Source: Acidobacteriota bacterium (GTDB taxonomy: Bacteria; Acidobacteriota; UBA4820; DSQY01). From it: a stretch of DNA of 64,000 nucleotides. Position 1 is the first letter of the stretch, and each line of letters starts with the position of its first letter. Location: positions 1 through 64,000 of the forward strand of contig JBMFSH010000001.1 in NCBI GenBank assembly GCA_049967655.1, written 5' to 3'. Made by a program: the position numbers and the translations under genes. The notes below the pieces were generated by a model. That model was not told the origin of the DNA. It worked only from the letters and a program-made list of their open reading frames with translations, and did no database searches. Below, piece after piece: positions 52,629 to 62,759 of this stretch.

Positions 52629-54431
52629 ATGCTGGATCATCCGCCTCAGCCTCCGCCCTCGCGGCCCGGATGCTATATTTTTCGGGACGCAAAGAAGCGG
52701 CCGCTTTACGTGGGCAAAGCGAAGAACCTTCGGGCGCGGGTATCCAGCTACTTCCAGTCCGAGGTGCCCCACAAAATACGCCGCCTGAGGCAGCAGGCGG
52801 TGGACCTCGAGTTCATCGTCACGGCGAGCGAGTGGGAGGCCTTCCTCCTCGAAAACAACCTGATCAAGCAGTTCAAACCCCGCTTCAACACGCTCCTCAA
52901 GGACGACAAGACCTATCCCTACGTCAAGCTGACGGTGAAGGACCGTTACCCCAAGGCGGTCTTCACGCGCCGGCCCGAGAAGGACGGCGCGCTCTACTAC
53001 GGGCCCTTCGTGCCCGGCTGGCAGGCCAAGAAGAATCTGCGGATCCTCCAGGAGCACTTCCGCGTGGTCACCTGCAAGGACCCGCTCGACGGCTCCCGGC
53101 TCCGTCCCTGCCTCTACTACGAGATGGGACAGTGCTATGCCCCCTGCATCAAAGGGAGGGTGCCGCCCGACCAATACGCGGCCGTCGTGGAGGAGGCCAG
53201 GCTCTTCTTGGAGGGGCGGACGGCCGACCTGCGCAAGGAGCTCCACCATCGCATGCTGAGCGCTGCGCAGCGCCAGGACTACGAGCAAGCCGCGCACTAT
53301 CGGGACCTCGAGCGGGCCGCGGAGTTCCTGGGCGGCCGTCAAGCGGTGGCCAGACCCGGCGAGGGGCACTGGGAGTATTTCGCCCTCTACGGGGGAGGCG
53401 AGGCCTGGGTGATCCACGGCTTCGTCGTGGTGGACGGCAAGGTGGTGGACCGGCGCCGCTGGCACTTCGACCAGGTGGAGCTTTCAGGCGAGGATCTGCT
53501 GGCTGCCGTGCTCACCCGCCTCTACGGGAACGTCTCGGTGCTGCCGGATGGGGTCGTGGTCTCCCACGAGTTCCAGGACCTGCCCCTGCTCGAGCGGTTC
53601 CTCTCCGAACGCAAAGGGAGGAAGGTCCGGGTGCAGAGGCCGCAGCGGGGCGAGAGGGCGGCGCTCATAGCCACGCTCGTGGAGAACGCGAGGCTGGAAT
53701 TCGACGCCCACGTGGCCCCCACCGCCGTTCTTGACCCCATCGCGGAAAGCCTGGGCTTGGAGGGACCGCCGAGGCGCATCGAGTGCTTCGACATCTCCCA
53801 CAGCCACGGCGAGGCCACGGTGGCCTCCTGCGTGGTCTGGGAGGAGGGGAGAATGCAGAAGTCCGATTACCGCCACTTCAACATCAAGTCGGTGGAGGGG
53901 ATCGACGATTTCGCCTCCATGGCCGAGGTCGTGGGGCGCCGCTATGTACGCCTCCTGGAGGAGGGCGGCGAACTCCCGGACCTGGTGCTCATCGACGGCG
54001 GCCCCGGCCAGGTCAACGCGGCCCACGCCGCGCTGCTCCGGCTTCTGCCGAACCCCCCGCCCATGGCGGGACTGGCCAAGCGCGAGGAGTGGCTCTTCCG
54101 GCCCCACGACCCGGCCCCCGTCGTTCTTCCCAAGGCGTCGCCCGCACTCCATCTTCTCCAGCAGATCCGGGACGAGGCCCACCGTTTCGCCATCGCCGCG
54201 CATCGTCGCCGCCGTTCGAAAGCACGGATGGCCTCGCCGCTGCTCGGCGTTCCCGGGATCGGCCCTATGACCGCGAAGAAACTGCTGAGGGCCTTCCTCA
54301 CCACCGCCGCCGTCAAGGAGGCCACCGAGGAGCAGCTCATCCGGGCGGTGGGGAAGGCCGCGGCGCGCAAGGTCACGGCGTGGGCGAAGCGGGAGAGCGA
54401 GGGGAAGGATCGCACGGTGGAGGCAGAATGA
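52629..54431 (+). CDS. uvrC: Excinuclease ABC subunit C
   Basis: GIY-YIG (PGCY..YVGKAKNLR.RV.SYF), UVR domain, RIECFDISH, DLVLIDGG.GQ, RDEAHRFAI and an HhH motif. Confidence 0.97.
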   Translation: MLDHPPQPPPSRPGCYIFRDAKKRPLYVGKAKNLRARVSSYFQSEVPHKIRRLRQQAVDLEFIVTASEWEAFLLENNLIKQFKPRFNTLLKDDKTYPYVKLTVKDRYPKAVFTRRPEKDGALYYGPFVPGWQAKKNLRILQEHFRVVTCKDPLDGSRLRPCLYYEMGQCYAPCIKGRVPPDQYAAVVEEARLFLEGRTADLRKELHHRMLSAAQRQDYEQAAHYRDLERAAEFLGGRQAVARPGEGHWEYFALYGGGEAWVIHGFVVVDGKVVDRRRWHFDQVELSGEDLLAAVLTRLYGNVSVLPDGVVVSHEFQDLPLLERFLSERKGRKVRVQRPQRGERAALIATLVENARLEFDAHVAPTAVLDPIAESLGLEGPPRRIECFDISHSHGEATVASCVVWEEGRMQKSDYRHFNIKSVEGIDDFASMAEVVGRRYVRLLEEGGELPDLVLIDGGPGQVNAAHAALLRLLPNPPPMAGLAKREEWLFRPHDPAPVVLPKASPALHLLQQIRDEAHRFAIAAHRRRRSKARMASPLLGVPGIGPMTAKKLLRAFLTTAAVKEATEEQLIRAVGKAAARKVTAWAKRESEGKDRTVEAE

Positions 54432-54682
54432 CCGCCCCGCATGATGGCGCGGGGGGCGCCGGGCCGGAGGTGCCTCGGGGGGCCTGCCCGATCTGCGGCG
54501 CCTCTTCACCGATCTTCACGCTGACGTGCCCGGTGTGCGGCTACTCGCGATTTCCCCAATCGGCAGGAGGCGACCCGCGCCATCCCGTGCGCAGGCTGTG
54601 GCTAGCCCTTGCCGTGGCCATCGCGGGGCTCCTGCTCTCCTTCTGCGTTCTCTACCTGGCCGTGCTCTCCCTCCGGCGGTGA
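54428..54682 (+). CDS. Small zinc-ribbon membrane protein
   Basis: ATGA overlap with uvrC; CPIC..CPVC and a C-terminal transmembrane helix. Confidence 0.65.
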   Translation: MTAPHDGAGGAGPEVPRGACPICGASSPIFTLTCPVCGYSRFPQSAGGDPRHPVRRLWLALAVAIAGLLLSFCVLYLAVLSLRR

Positions 54683-54777
54683 TCCCCTGGGGAAGGGGCC
54701 GCCGCGATCCTCCGCCGCGATCCTCCCTCCCGCCGAGGCGGTGCATCCTTTACAATGGGCCACGAAAGGCTGCGAGG

Positions 54778-55557
54778 ATGCGGGCATTCTTGGCCAGGCT
54801 CAAGGCGCGAACGGTGGAGCTGAACTACGGACGCGAGGTGATCGCGGGCATGGCTCGCCGCCACGCGCAAGACACCGGCGAGGGAGAGCTGAACATCCTC
54901 GACATCGGCCTGGGAACGGGAGCCGATCTCCTGAACGTGGCGAAGTCTTTGGGCCATCGTCACGCGAGGCTCTTCGGTCTGGAGAGCCATCCGCCCCACG
55001 TGGAAGCGGCGAGGGCCTTGGGCGTGGAGGTGCGCCAGGCGGACGTTGAACGCAGCGCCTTTCCCTTCGAGGCGGCCTTCCTGGACGTGGTTCTGGCGAA
55101 CCAGGTGCTGGAGCACACCAAGGAGATCTTCTGGATCGCCTCGGAGGTGTCCCGGGTTTTGAAGCCGGGGGGCCTCTTCATCGTTGGGGTTCCCAATCTG
55201 GCCTCGCTCCACAGCCGCCTCATGCTGGGCCTGGGGATGCAGCCGAGCCCCATCGACGTGCTGGGACCCCACGTGCGCGGCTTCACGAAGCCGGGGTTCC
55301 GGCGCTTCATTGAGGCGGACGGCTACTTCCGCGTGGTCGAGGTGGGGGGATCCAACTTCTACCCTTTCCCCAAATACCTCGCCGGACCGCTCGCCCACCT
55401 GTTGCCAGGCTTTGCGGTGAGCCTCTTCTTCTGCTGCCAGAGGACCGGCAAGGCGGGCCGCTTCCTCGACGTTCTGGAGAGTCGGTTCTTCGAGACCCCC
55501 TACTACCGGGGCGATTCGCCCTGTCCGGTGCCGCCGGCCGCCAACCAGCGGCCGTAG
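54778..55557 (+). CDS. Class I SAM-dependent methyltransferase
   Basis: ILDIGLGTG, NQVLEH and RVLKPGG...VPN. Confidence 0.9.
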   Translation: MRAFLARLKARTVELNYGREVIAGMARRHAQDTGEGELNILDIGLGTGADLLNVAKSLGHRHARLFGLESHPPHVEAARALGVEVRQADVERSAFPFEAAFLDVVLANQVLEHTKEIFWIASEVSRVLKPGGLFIVGVPNLASLHSRLMLGLGMQPSPIDVLGPHVRGFTKPGFRRFIEADGYFRVVEVGGSNFYPFPKYLAGPLAHLLPGFAVSLFFCCQRTGKAGRFLDVLESRFFETPYYRGDSPCPVPPAANQRP

Positions 55558-55658
55558 GAGCGCTCTCCAGAGCGCGATGATCCCTTCGACGCCAGGGGTC
55601 GTGAAGATCGAGAGAACTCCTCGTCTCCTTCGGGCTGCGCTCTCGCCGCTTCTTCTCG

Positions 55659-58088
55659 TCAGCGCCTCGGCGTGCCCTTCGATGCGGCTCCGCGGCGGGC
55701 GCGCTTGCTCGGCCGCCTGGGCGCGGCGAGGGCTTCGAGCTTGGCCACGCGGTCTTCCAGGGTGCGCCTTTCCTCGCGCAGCTTCTCCAGATCGCCCCTG
55801 AGCCTGACGATCTCCTCGCCCTTGCTCTTGCCCTCGCGAAGCGCTCTGGCGATGTCCCGGGCGTTCATGCGGATGCGCCCGTCCACCTCGCGCTGGCCGA
55901 TCCTCTCCAGCTCGGTGGCGGCGGCGGGCTCGTCGAGGAGTTCGAGGGCAATCATGGCCCCGAACTTGGCAAAGAAGTTGGCGTCGTAAAGGTAGCGTTC
56001 CAGCTCCTGGCGCACGTCGAAGCGCTGGGGCTCCCTTCCGCGGGCCATGGCGGCCATGGCCCGCATGGCGGCTATGCGTCCCTGGGGCCGGCCTCCGGGC
56101 GCGGCGCAGGCCCTGAGCAGGGGCCACGCCCGATCATCCCTCAGGCGCATCAGCCCCGAGAGCGCCCCCGCACGGATCACGTCCAGGTGGCTCTCCTTCC
56201 GGACCGCTTTCTCCAATGCGTCGAAGGCCAAGGTTTGGCGCGTGGCGCCGAGGGCGGCGGCCGTCTCCACGCGCGCGCCCCAGAAGGGGTCGCGCTGGAG
56301 CGCATAGCCGACGGCCTCCAGCGCTTCGCGGCTCCCCTCCCTGCAGATGGACTGGGCGGCTTCGACGCGCCCGAACCAGTCGGGATCCTTGACGAGCTGG
56401 GTCTTCAGCATCTCCTGGGGCTTCTTGAACGTGAGCTTCTTGAGGATGTGAAAGCCCGGATCGAAGCTCGCGAAGGCGGGCTTCTCCTCGAGCCGGAAGC
56501 TGAAGATCTGGTGGGCCTGGCGGACCTCTATCCGCTCCTCGACGGTCCTGCGTCCGTGGAAGCGGACCGTCACGGGCGAACGGAACACGGGCGTCTTCTC
56601 GTCCACCTTCTGCTTCTGGTCCACCGTGAGGGTGGCCGTCTTCCGCTTCTCGTCCCAGGCGTAGGCCACCTCGAATTCGGGGAAGCCCGCGCCGAACACC
56701 CACTGGTCGAAGAACCACTCCATGTTCTTTCCCGTCACCCGATTGATGACCCCGATGAGGTCCTCGGTCTGAACGTTCCGGCCGGCGAACTCGTGCAGGT
56801 AAGCCTGGACGCTCTGCCAGAAGGGCCCGTCGCCGAGCGCGTGACGGAGCATGTGGAGGACGAGGCCCCCCTTCTCGTAGATGTGCTGGTCGAAGAGCTC
56901 CATGGGCAGCGTGTAGGCCTTCGTGACGATGGGCCTCCTCTCGGAGCGGTCGCGCTCGAAGTAGCTCTGCATCTGCTGAAGACGGTGGTAACCCGCGTCC
57001 TCTTCTCCGCGCCAGTGTTCGCGGTAGACCACCTCGGAGAAGGTGGCGAAGCCCTCGTTCAGCCAGGCGTGGGACCAGTCCTTGCACGTGACCAGGTCCC
57101 CGAACCACTGGCGGGCCAGCTCGTGGCTGACCAGGTCCTGCGGCTCGTAGTCGAGGGCCGCGCGCTCGTCCATGAGGCACCGGTCAATGAGCGTGGTGGC
57201 GCTGATGTTCTCCATGCCGCCGAAGATGAAATCCTCCACCACCACCTGGCTGTATTTGGGGTAGGGGTAGGCGTAGCCGAAGGTCTCGGAGAAGTGGTCG
57301 AGCATGTCCGGCGTCAGGGAGAAGGCGCGCCTGGCCTGCTTCTCTTTCCCCGGCTTGACGAAGTACTGGACGGGAGTCCCGCGCCAGGTGTCCTCGATCT
57401 TGGCGAACTCGCCGCAGGCGATGGAGATGAGGTAGCTGACGTGAGGCACCTCCATGCGGTGGTGCCAGGTCTTGGTCCTTCTCATGCGGTCGCTCGTCAC
57501 GCCCACCAGAGCGCCGTTACCCACGACGGTCCAGCTCTCGGGCACCGTCACGAGGGTTTCGGAGGTGGCCTTCTCGTTGGGGTAGTCGAAGCAGGGGAAC
57601 CAGTGGCGGCTGTCCTCGTCCTACCCCTGGCTCCACACCTGCACGGCCGTATCGGGGCAGGCCTCGGAGGGGCCCGTGAAATAAAGGCCCGAGCGGGGGG
57701 TGCCATGGTAGCGCACGCAGACCTCGGCGGGGTGGCCGGCCTCCAGCGGCTTCGGAAAGGCGACCCTGAGCTTCTCCCCGTCGCAGTCGAAGGGTAGCGC
57801 CCTGCCCTTGCCGTCGGTCACCCCCTCCACCGTGAGCTCCACGCAGTCGAGCACGAGGTGATCGAGGCCGTCGCTGAGGGGGGAGATGATATGGGTCGCG
57901 GTGCCGTGCACGACCTTGTCAGCTAGATCGAAGGAGAGATCGAGCTTGATGTGCAGCACGTCCACGAGCTTGTCGGGGGCATAACTCCTGCCCTCGGGGG
58001 GTGGCGTGGCGCCCGCCTTCAGCCTGCCGCCCTCGGATTCGCCGGTGTACCGGCCGATGAACTAGGTCCCCCTCCTGAGAAGGGTCAC
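55659..58088 (-). pseudogene. M1 aminopeptidase (PepN-like) with HEAT repeats, disrupted
   Basis: One continuous frame from a GTG after AGGAGG, with in-frame TAG at 58062-58064 and 57621-57623; GGMEN and WLNEGFA are intact, but HExxH reads HELAR. Confidence 0.85.
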
Positions 58089-58161
58089 GTCGTCCTCCTA
58101 GCGATGGGCGGCGGAACCTTCCGCCGTCAGGCTCCGTCGAACGAACTCGCGCACTGCTCCG

Positions 58162-60174
58162 TCAGGGGCCCGACAACCAGGAGGCCGTGGCCTCGTTCCG
58201 GAAGGGATCGACTGCCTGGACCGCGATCCAGTGCTGGCCCGACGGAGGATAGGTCACGACGTAGCTTCTCGACCGGCTCCCCTCTTCCCCTGCGACGGCT
58301 TCGAGCGTCTGCCAGCTCTTCCCGTCCACGCTGGCGCGGACGGCCTCGACGGCGGTGTTGTCCGTGACGTGCACCGAGAGCCTGCCTGCTCCATCCGGCT
58401 TGAGCTCGATGAGGGGAGGGGTGTTGTCCACGCGAAAATCGGGCAGATCGAGGACCGTGCTCAGACCCTGCCCCTCCGGGTTGGACAGGTCGTCGTCGGC
58501 CGTCAGCCGGATTCGGTACAGCCCGTCGGGAAGACCGCGGGCGTCGAAGTCGTAGTAGGAGTCCTTCACGTGCCGGGCCAGCGTGTACCAGGAGGCTCCG
58601 CCTTCGGGCCTGAACTCCACCTTCATCTCCACCGCGTCCCCGTCGTGATCCTCCACCTTCCAGGTAATCATCCGGAAGCCCTGAAGGAAGTACTTCTGCG
58701 GAGGGTTGTCCTGGCCGGGCGCGAGGGCGAGGCTTGGAAACATCCTGTCCTCGTCGTGGATCTCCCGCACCAGCCGGTCCCCGAGCTGGCTCGGGGAGCG
58801 CACGAAGATCTCGCCGGGCGGGTTGACCTGGGCGGAGACGAAGACCGGCGCGCGGTTGGCGTTGCGGTAGGCCAGGGAGACCCCTCGCACCGTGCTGCCT
58901 CCCGTCAGTTCGATCTTCCACTGGGCGTAGCGGGCCAGCGGAAGGGAGCCGGAGCGCTCGGAGGAGACCCAACCACTCCAGAAGGGCCCGGGTTTGGGGG
59001 TGTTCCCCGCGCGCACCTTCACCTGGGCGCCCGAGCCCATGAGCGAAACAACACCGAAGATGGAAGGGCCGCCGAGGTCGGCTACGGGCGAGGTGTACGT
59101 CTCGCCCGCGCCGGTGGAGGGCCTCAGGAAGGCGTTGGGATTCCCCGTCAGCACGACGGGCGGGCCATCGCCCCCGGCCAGGGCCGTTACCTGGGCATCC
59201 CCCCAGTGCGCGAGCAGCGCGACGTCCTGCCCGTCGGTCACCATCAGACGGCCGTCCGCCAGCCCCAGATAGCCCTCGCCTCCGGAGGAGGCGGCGCAGA
59301 GAACGGGAGTCTGGAAGCGCTCCACGGGCGTGGGAGGCTTGCCCTCCGACAACACGTACACGGTGGAGTTCCCGGAAGGCTTGGCGCTGCCCGCCTTCTC
59401 GCCGCCCGCCGCGGGTTGGCCCGCCTTGTCGTTGGCGCCTACGAAGAGGTCGCCGCCGCGGACGACCATGGCGGCCACCTCTTCCTGGTCCAGGCCGAAG
59501 GCCAGGAAGGCCTTGCCCCCCTCCATGCGGAAGAGGGAGGCCGGTCCGCTGGTGCCGGCCCAGACGGCGCCCTCCCATGGCACCAGACACCGCACGTGGT
59601 CCGCCGAGGCGTCGAGCACGAGCTCCGGCTCCCCCTTTTGGGGGATCCTGAAGACCCGGCCCGGTTTCCCCGTGGCGGCCAGGATGCCTTCGGGCCGGGG
59701 CAGGAGCGCCCACACGTATTCGGCCTTCAGCGCGGCCATCTGGGTGCACTTTCCCGTGGCCGGGTCGAACCGGTAGACCTTTGCCGGCGTCGAGGTTCCC
59801 ACCAACAGCTCGCCTGTGGGCAGAAGCGCGAGGGCTGTGACGAGCGGCTCGCCAAAGTGGTGGGCCACGGTCGGGCCCTTGCCTCCGGCGTCCACGCGCA
59901 GCAGGTCGCCGCTCGGAGCGGTGCCGACCCAGAGCGTTCCCCCCGCGCGAACGGCGCAGAGGGGCAATCCGGGCAGGTCCACCGAAGGCCCGAAGGCCGG
60001 TCCCTGGGCGAAGCTGCCGCTCGGGCTCACGCGCACGCCGTCGGGGTATCCCCGCCAGAGGTCCTGGGCCGAGGAGAGCAAGATCTTGGTTTGGGTGGCG
60101 CCGGCGCCGGCGGCGGCGAAGAGGGATAGCACGGTCAGCACGATCCACGGAACGGCTTTTTTATTTTGCTTCAT
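58162..60174 (-). CDS. Exported beta-propeller protein with C-terminal Ig/FN3-like domains
   Basis: Signal peptide; repeated blades (LWVGT..G.L, LLVGT..AKVY, LAATG..GRVF, VWAGT); C-terminal LPDGLYRIRLTADD..VDNTPP. Confidence 0.8.
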   Translation of the reverse strand: MKQNKKAVPWIVLTVLSLFAAAGAGATQTKILLSSAQDLWRGYPDGVRVSPSGSFAQGPAFGPSVDLPGLPLCAVRAGGTLWVGTAPSGDLLRVDAGGKGPTVAHHFGEPLVTALALLPTGELLVGTSTPAKVYRFDPATGKCTQMAALKAEYVWALLPRPEGILAATGKPGRVFRIPQKGEPELVLDASADHVRCLVPWEGAVWAGTSGPASLFRMEGGKAFLAFGLDQEEVAAMVVRGGDLFVGANDKAGQPAAGGEKAGSAKPSGNSTVYVLSEGKPPTPVERFQTPVLCAASSGGEGYLGLADGRLMVTDGQDVALLAHWGDAQVTALAGGDGPPVVLTGNPNAFLRPSTGAGETYTSPVADLGGPSIFGVVSLMGSGAQVKVRAGNTPKPGPFWSGWVSSERSGSLPLARYAQWKIELTGGSTVRGVSLAYRNANRAPVFVSAQVNPPGEIFVRSPSQLGDRLVREIHDEDRMFPSLALAPGQDNPPQKYFLQGFRMITWKVEDHDGDAVEMKVEFRPEGGASWYTLARHVKDSYYDFDARGLPDGLYRIRLTADDDLSNPEGQGLSTVLDLPDFRVDNTPPLIELKPDGAGRLSVHVTDNTAVEAVRASVDGKSWQTLEAVAGEEGSRSRSYVVTYPPSGQHWIAVQAVDPFRNEATASWLSGP

Positions 60175-61945
60175 CGCCGGTCTCCTTCACGGTGAAGGCG
60201 AGCTCCACCATTCCATCGGGAACCGAGTCCGCGGGTACGGCATCCTCCCAGAGCAGGCTCGCGGCCTCGGGAGGGGAGGCGTTCGCGGTGGGCTGCGCGG
60301 AGAGCAGTGCGGCCATCGAGGGCGGGAGCCCGCCCACCCGCCTGTGCTGGAGCAGGAGCCCCGGTTCGCGCGCCGCCAGGGCCACCCGCAGGTATTGGTC
60401 GGAGGGAAGATCCGCGAGCCTCTTGAGGAGATCCTTCGCGGAGTGGGGTACCTCGGCGAGGGAGCCGGCCATCTTCTGCTCCACGGCGAAGGAGCCGCCC
60501 ACCCAGAGGGTGATGGGGCCCGCCGGAAGCCCGGCCGTGGGAATCGAAAGCCGGATCACCCGGCTGGGTCTCTGAAAGGGCTGCAGCCGGACCGACAGAC
60601 CGAGGGGTTCACCCGCCGCCACCACGTCCCGGTCCAGCCAGGCGGTCTCCACGGTGGCCGAGCGGTTGTCGGCCATCTTCTCAAGGGTCATACGGATTCC
60701 CTTCAGGTGGACCTCGCCGTAAGGGTTGCCGCTGAGCAGGCCCAGGAGCGCGGAGAGGTAGTTGAAGGCATCCAGCGAGTAGGTGGGCCCCGCGAAGGCC
60801 TGGTCTTTGAGCCGCAGGGACGAGCCGTCCGAAAGCTCCAGGGTCAGCCCTCTCACGAGGATGGTCCGGACACCGGCCTGGCCCTCCGCGGAGTTCCACA
60901 GCGAATTCAGGGCGCCCGTGAGGAGCGCCGGAGTGAGGAGGGGGTGGCGCATCAGCTCGAAGTGGTAGTGCCGGTCGCCTCCGCCGGACCCCTGGATGGT
61001 GACCTCGACGGGCAGGGTGTGGGCACTCCCACCGAACCGGCCAAAGATGCCGGTCTTCCTGTCCTGAGTCACGACGCCGACGGGTCCGAGGGGGGTGGAG
61101 AGCTTGAAGCCGGCCTGGAGGCTCGGCACCGGAGTGACCACTCGGGCCGCCACCACCGGCATCTCGACACTGCCCAGGTTGAGGAAGGGGTGGCCAAAGG
61201 CCAGGAACTCATCTCCCTTCACCCACGAGACGGTGCCGAAGGCGGAGTACTGGACGTCGCCGGATACCAGCTGGACGGCGATCATGCCTCCGGGCCCGGG
61301 TGGCCGGGAGGGGGCGGACGGCGCCTTCCCATCCCCGCCCGTGCCGAAGCCCCCGCGGGCTGAGACGGACCACGTGAACCCCCGCTCCTGAAGCTGGTCC
61401 AGCAGTCGGCGCACAGAGCCCTCGGCGGCCAGCGGCTCCGCGGCGCCTCCGCCCTGGGCGCCTTCGAGAGCGGCCAGGAAGCCCGAGAGCGATTCCATCG
61501 GGCCGGCCCCCACGCTGGCGGTCGCTTTCTGGGCCGTGGTTTTCACTTCCAGCAGGTCCTGGGCGGGCGTGACGCCGCAGAGAGGTTCCTTGGAGAAGGG
61601 CCACGCGTAGGCCACGGCGCCCAGGAATTTCCCTTCGACGTACACGGGGCTGCCGCTCATGGCGGCCAGGACACCGGTTTTGATCAGGTCGTCTCCGTCC
61701 AGGCGGCAGACGATCATGCGCGTCATGGCCGCGCCCTGGTCCACCGTCCCGAGGATATGGACCCGGAAGGGTGAGACCGTCTCCCCGTGGAAGACGGTGA
61801 AGCCGGTGCCCTCGAGGCCGGCCCGGACCTCCGAGAAGGGGAGGACGGGCGCGTCGCGCGGCGGGGACTGGGCCAGAAGTGGAAGGGAAAGGGAGAGGAG
61901 CAGGGGGAGCAAAAACCAAATGCGGGCGAACAGTCTCGACTCCAT
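60161..61945 (-). CDS. SpoIVB peptidase S55-domain protein
   Basis: Signal peptide; G.TVF.G, GV.AAMSGSPVY..GK..GAVAY, GVTP, GTV and LAFGHPF. Confidence 0.87.
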   Translation of the reverse strand: MESRLFARIWFLLPLLLSLSLPLLAQSPPRDAPVLPFSEVRAGLEGTGFTVFHGETVSPFRVHILGTVDQGAAMTRMIVCRLDGDDLIKTGVLAAMSGSPVYVEGKFLGAVAYAWPFSKEPLCGVTPAQDLLEVKTTAQKATASVGAGPMESLSGFLAALEGAQGGGAAEPLAAEGSVRRLLDQLQERGFTWSVSARGGFGTGGDGKAPSAPSRPPGPGGMIAVQLVSGDVQYSAFGTVSWVKGDEFLAFGHPFLNLGSVEMPVVAARVVTPVPSLQAGFKLSTPLGPVGVVTQDRKTGIFGRFGGSAHTLPVEVTIQGSGGGDRHYHFELMRHPLLTPALLTGALNSLWNSAEGQAGVRTILVRGLTLELSDGSSLRLKDQAFAGPTYSLDAFNYLSALLGLLSGNPYGEVHLKGIRMTLEKMADNRSATVETAWLDRDVVAAGEPLGLSVRLQPFQRPSRVIRLSIPTAGLPAGPITLWVGGSFAVEQKMAGSLAEVPHSAKDLLKRLADLPSDQYLRVALAAREPGLLLQHRRVGGLPPSMAALLSAQPTANASPPEAASLLWEDAVPADSVPDGMVELAFTVKETGDEAK

Positions 61946-61990
61946 TCAACCTCCAAAACGCGCCCCATGATAACATGAGCGGCCCGTGCG

Positions 61991-62025
61991 GGTAGGGGAT
62001 AGGGGACAAGGGACAGGGGACAGGA
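61991..62025. repeat. Heptamer tandem repeat (GACAGGG)n
   Basis: GGTAGGG GATAGGG GACAAGG GACAGGG GACAGGA. Confidence 0.75.
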
Positions 62026-62121
62026 AAGGACCACAGGTTCGCCTGCCGGTTTCTTTCGGCATCTCCCGGGGAGCGTTCGTATCAATGGGTGGAGGGTGGG
62101 GGGCCGGGGAAGGATCTTTTC

Positions 62122-62173
62122 CTCAATCCCCAATCCCCAATCCCCAATCCTCTGTGCCTCCGTGTCTCTCTGG
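62122..62173. repeat. Heptamer (CCCAATC)n followed by octamer (CTCTGTGY)n repeats
   Basis: CTCAATC CCCAATC CCCAATC CCCAATC, then CTCTGTGC CTCCGTGT CTCTCTGG. Confidence 0.75.
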
Positions 62174-62220
62174 TTTACTCTCTTCAATTCGCATTCCCAA
62201 TTCCCTCTTCCTCGAAAGCC

Positions 62221-62249
62221 TTGACAGTGGAAGCCTTTTATCGTAAACT
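62221..62249 (+). promoter_or_regulatory. sigma70 promoter of rplM-rpsI-rpsB
   Basis: TTGACA-N17-TAAACT. Confidence 0.85.
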
Positions 62250-62304
62250 CAATAATTGCGCGGCCGTATGGCCCGCCCAGGCGTTCGAGTTGAGGAGAGT
62301 TCAG

Positions 62305-62742
62305 ATGAGCACGTATTTTCCAAAGAATGGGGAGATTCCGCGGAACTGGTTCTTGGTGGATGCCGACGGAAAGACCCTGGGCAGGCTGGCGACCGAGGTG
62401 GCCCGCGTCCTCATGGGCAAGCACAAGACCTGCTATACGCCCCACGTCCAGACGGGCGACTTCGTCGTGGTGGTGAATGCCGAGAAGGTGCGGCTGACGG
62501 GTGCCAAGTGGACCGACAAGATCTACCGGCACCACTCGATGTACCCCGGAGGCTTGAAGGAGACGGCGGCCAGAGACCTCATGGCCAAGCAACCCACCCG
62601 CCTCATCGAAAAGGCCGTGAGGGGCATGCTGCCCAAGAACCGCATCGGGGACCGTCTGATACGGAAGATGAAGGTCTACGCCGGGGATCATCACCCCCAT
62701 CAGGCCCAGAAGCCTGAGCCCTTCCCAGTGAAATTGAGCTGA
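62305..62742 (+). CDS. rplM: 50S ribosomal protein L13
   Basis: W.LVDA.GKTLGRLA, GKHK..YTPH..GD and AVRGMLPKN. Confidence 0.98.
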   Translation: MSTYFPKNGEIPRNWFLVDADGKTLGRLATEVARVLMGKHKTCYTPHVQTGDFVVVVNAEKVRLTGAKWTDKIYRHHSMYPGGLKETAARDLMAKQPTRLIEKAVRGMLPKNRIGDRLIRKMKVYAGDHHPHQAQKPEPFPVKLS

Positions 62743-62759
62743 AAGCAGGAGTCTGAGGC

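Noticed and set aside
57621..58064. Genome-wide TAG reassignment or pyrrolysine
   Set aside because: Conserved genes here end at TAG at their expected C-termini, no pyl genes are in the window, and the same gene also has an active-site lesion
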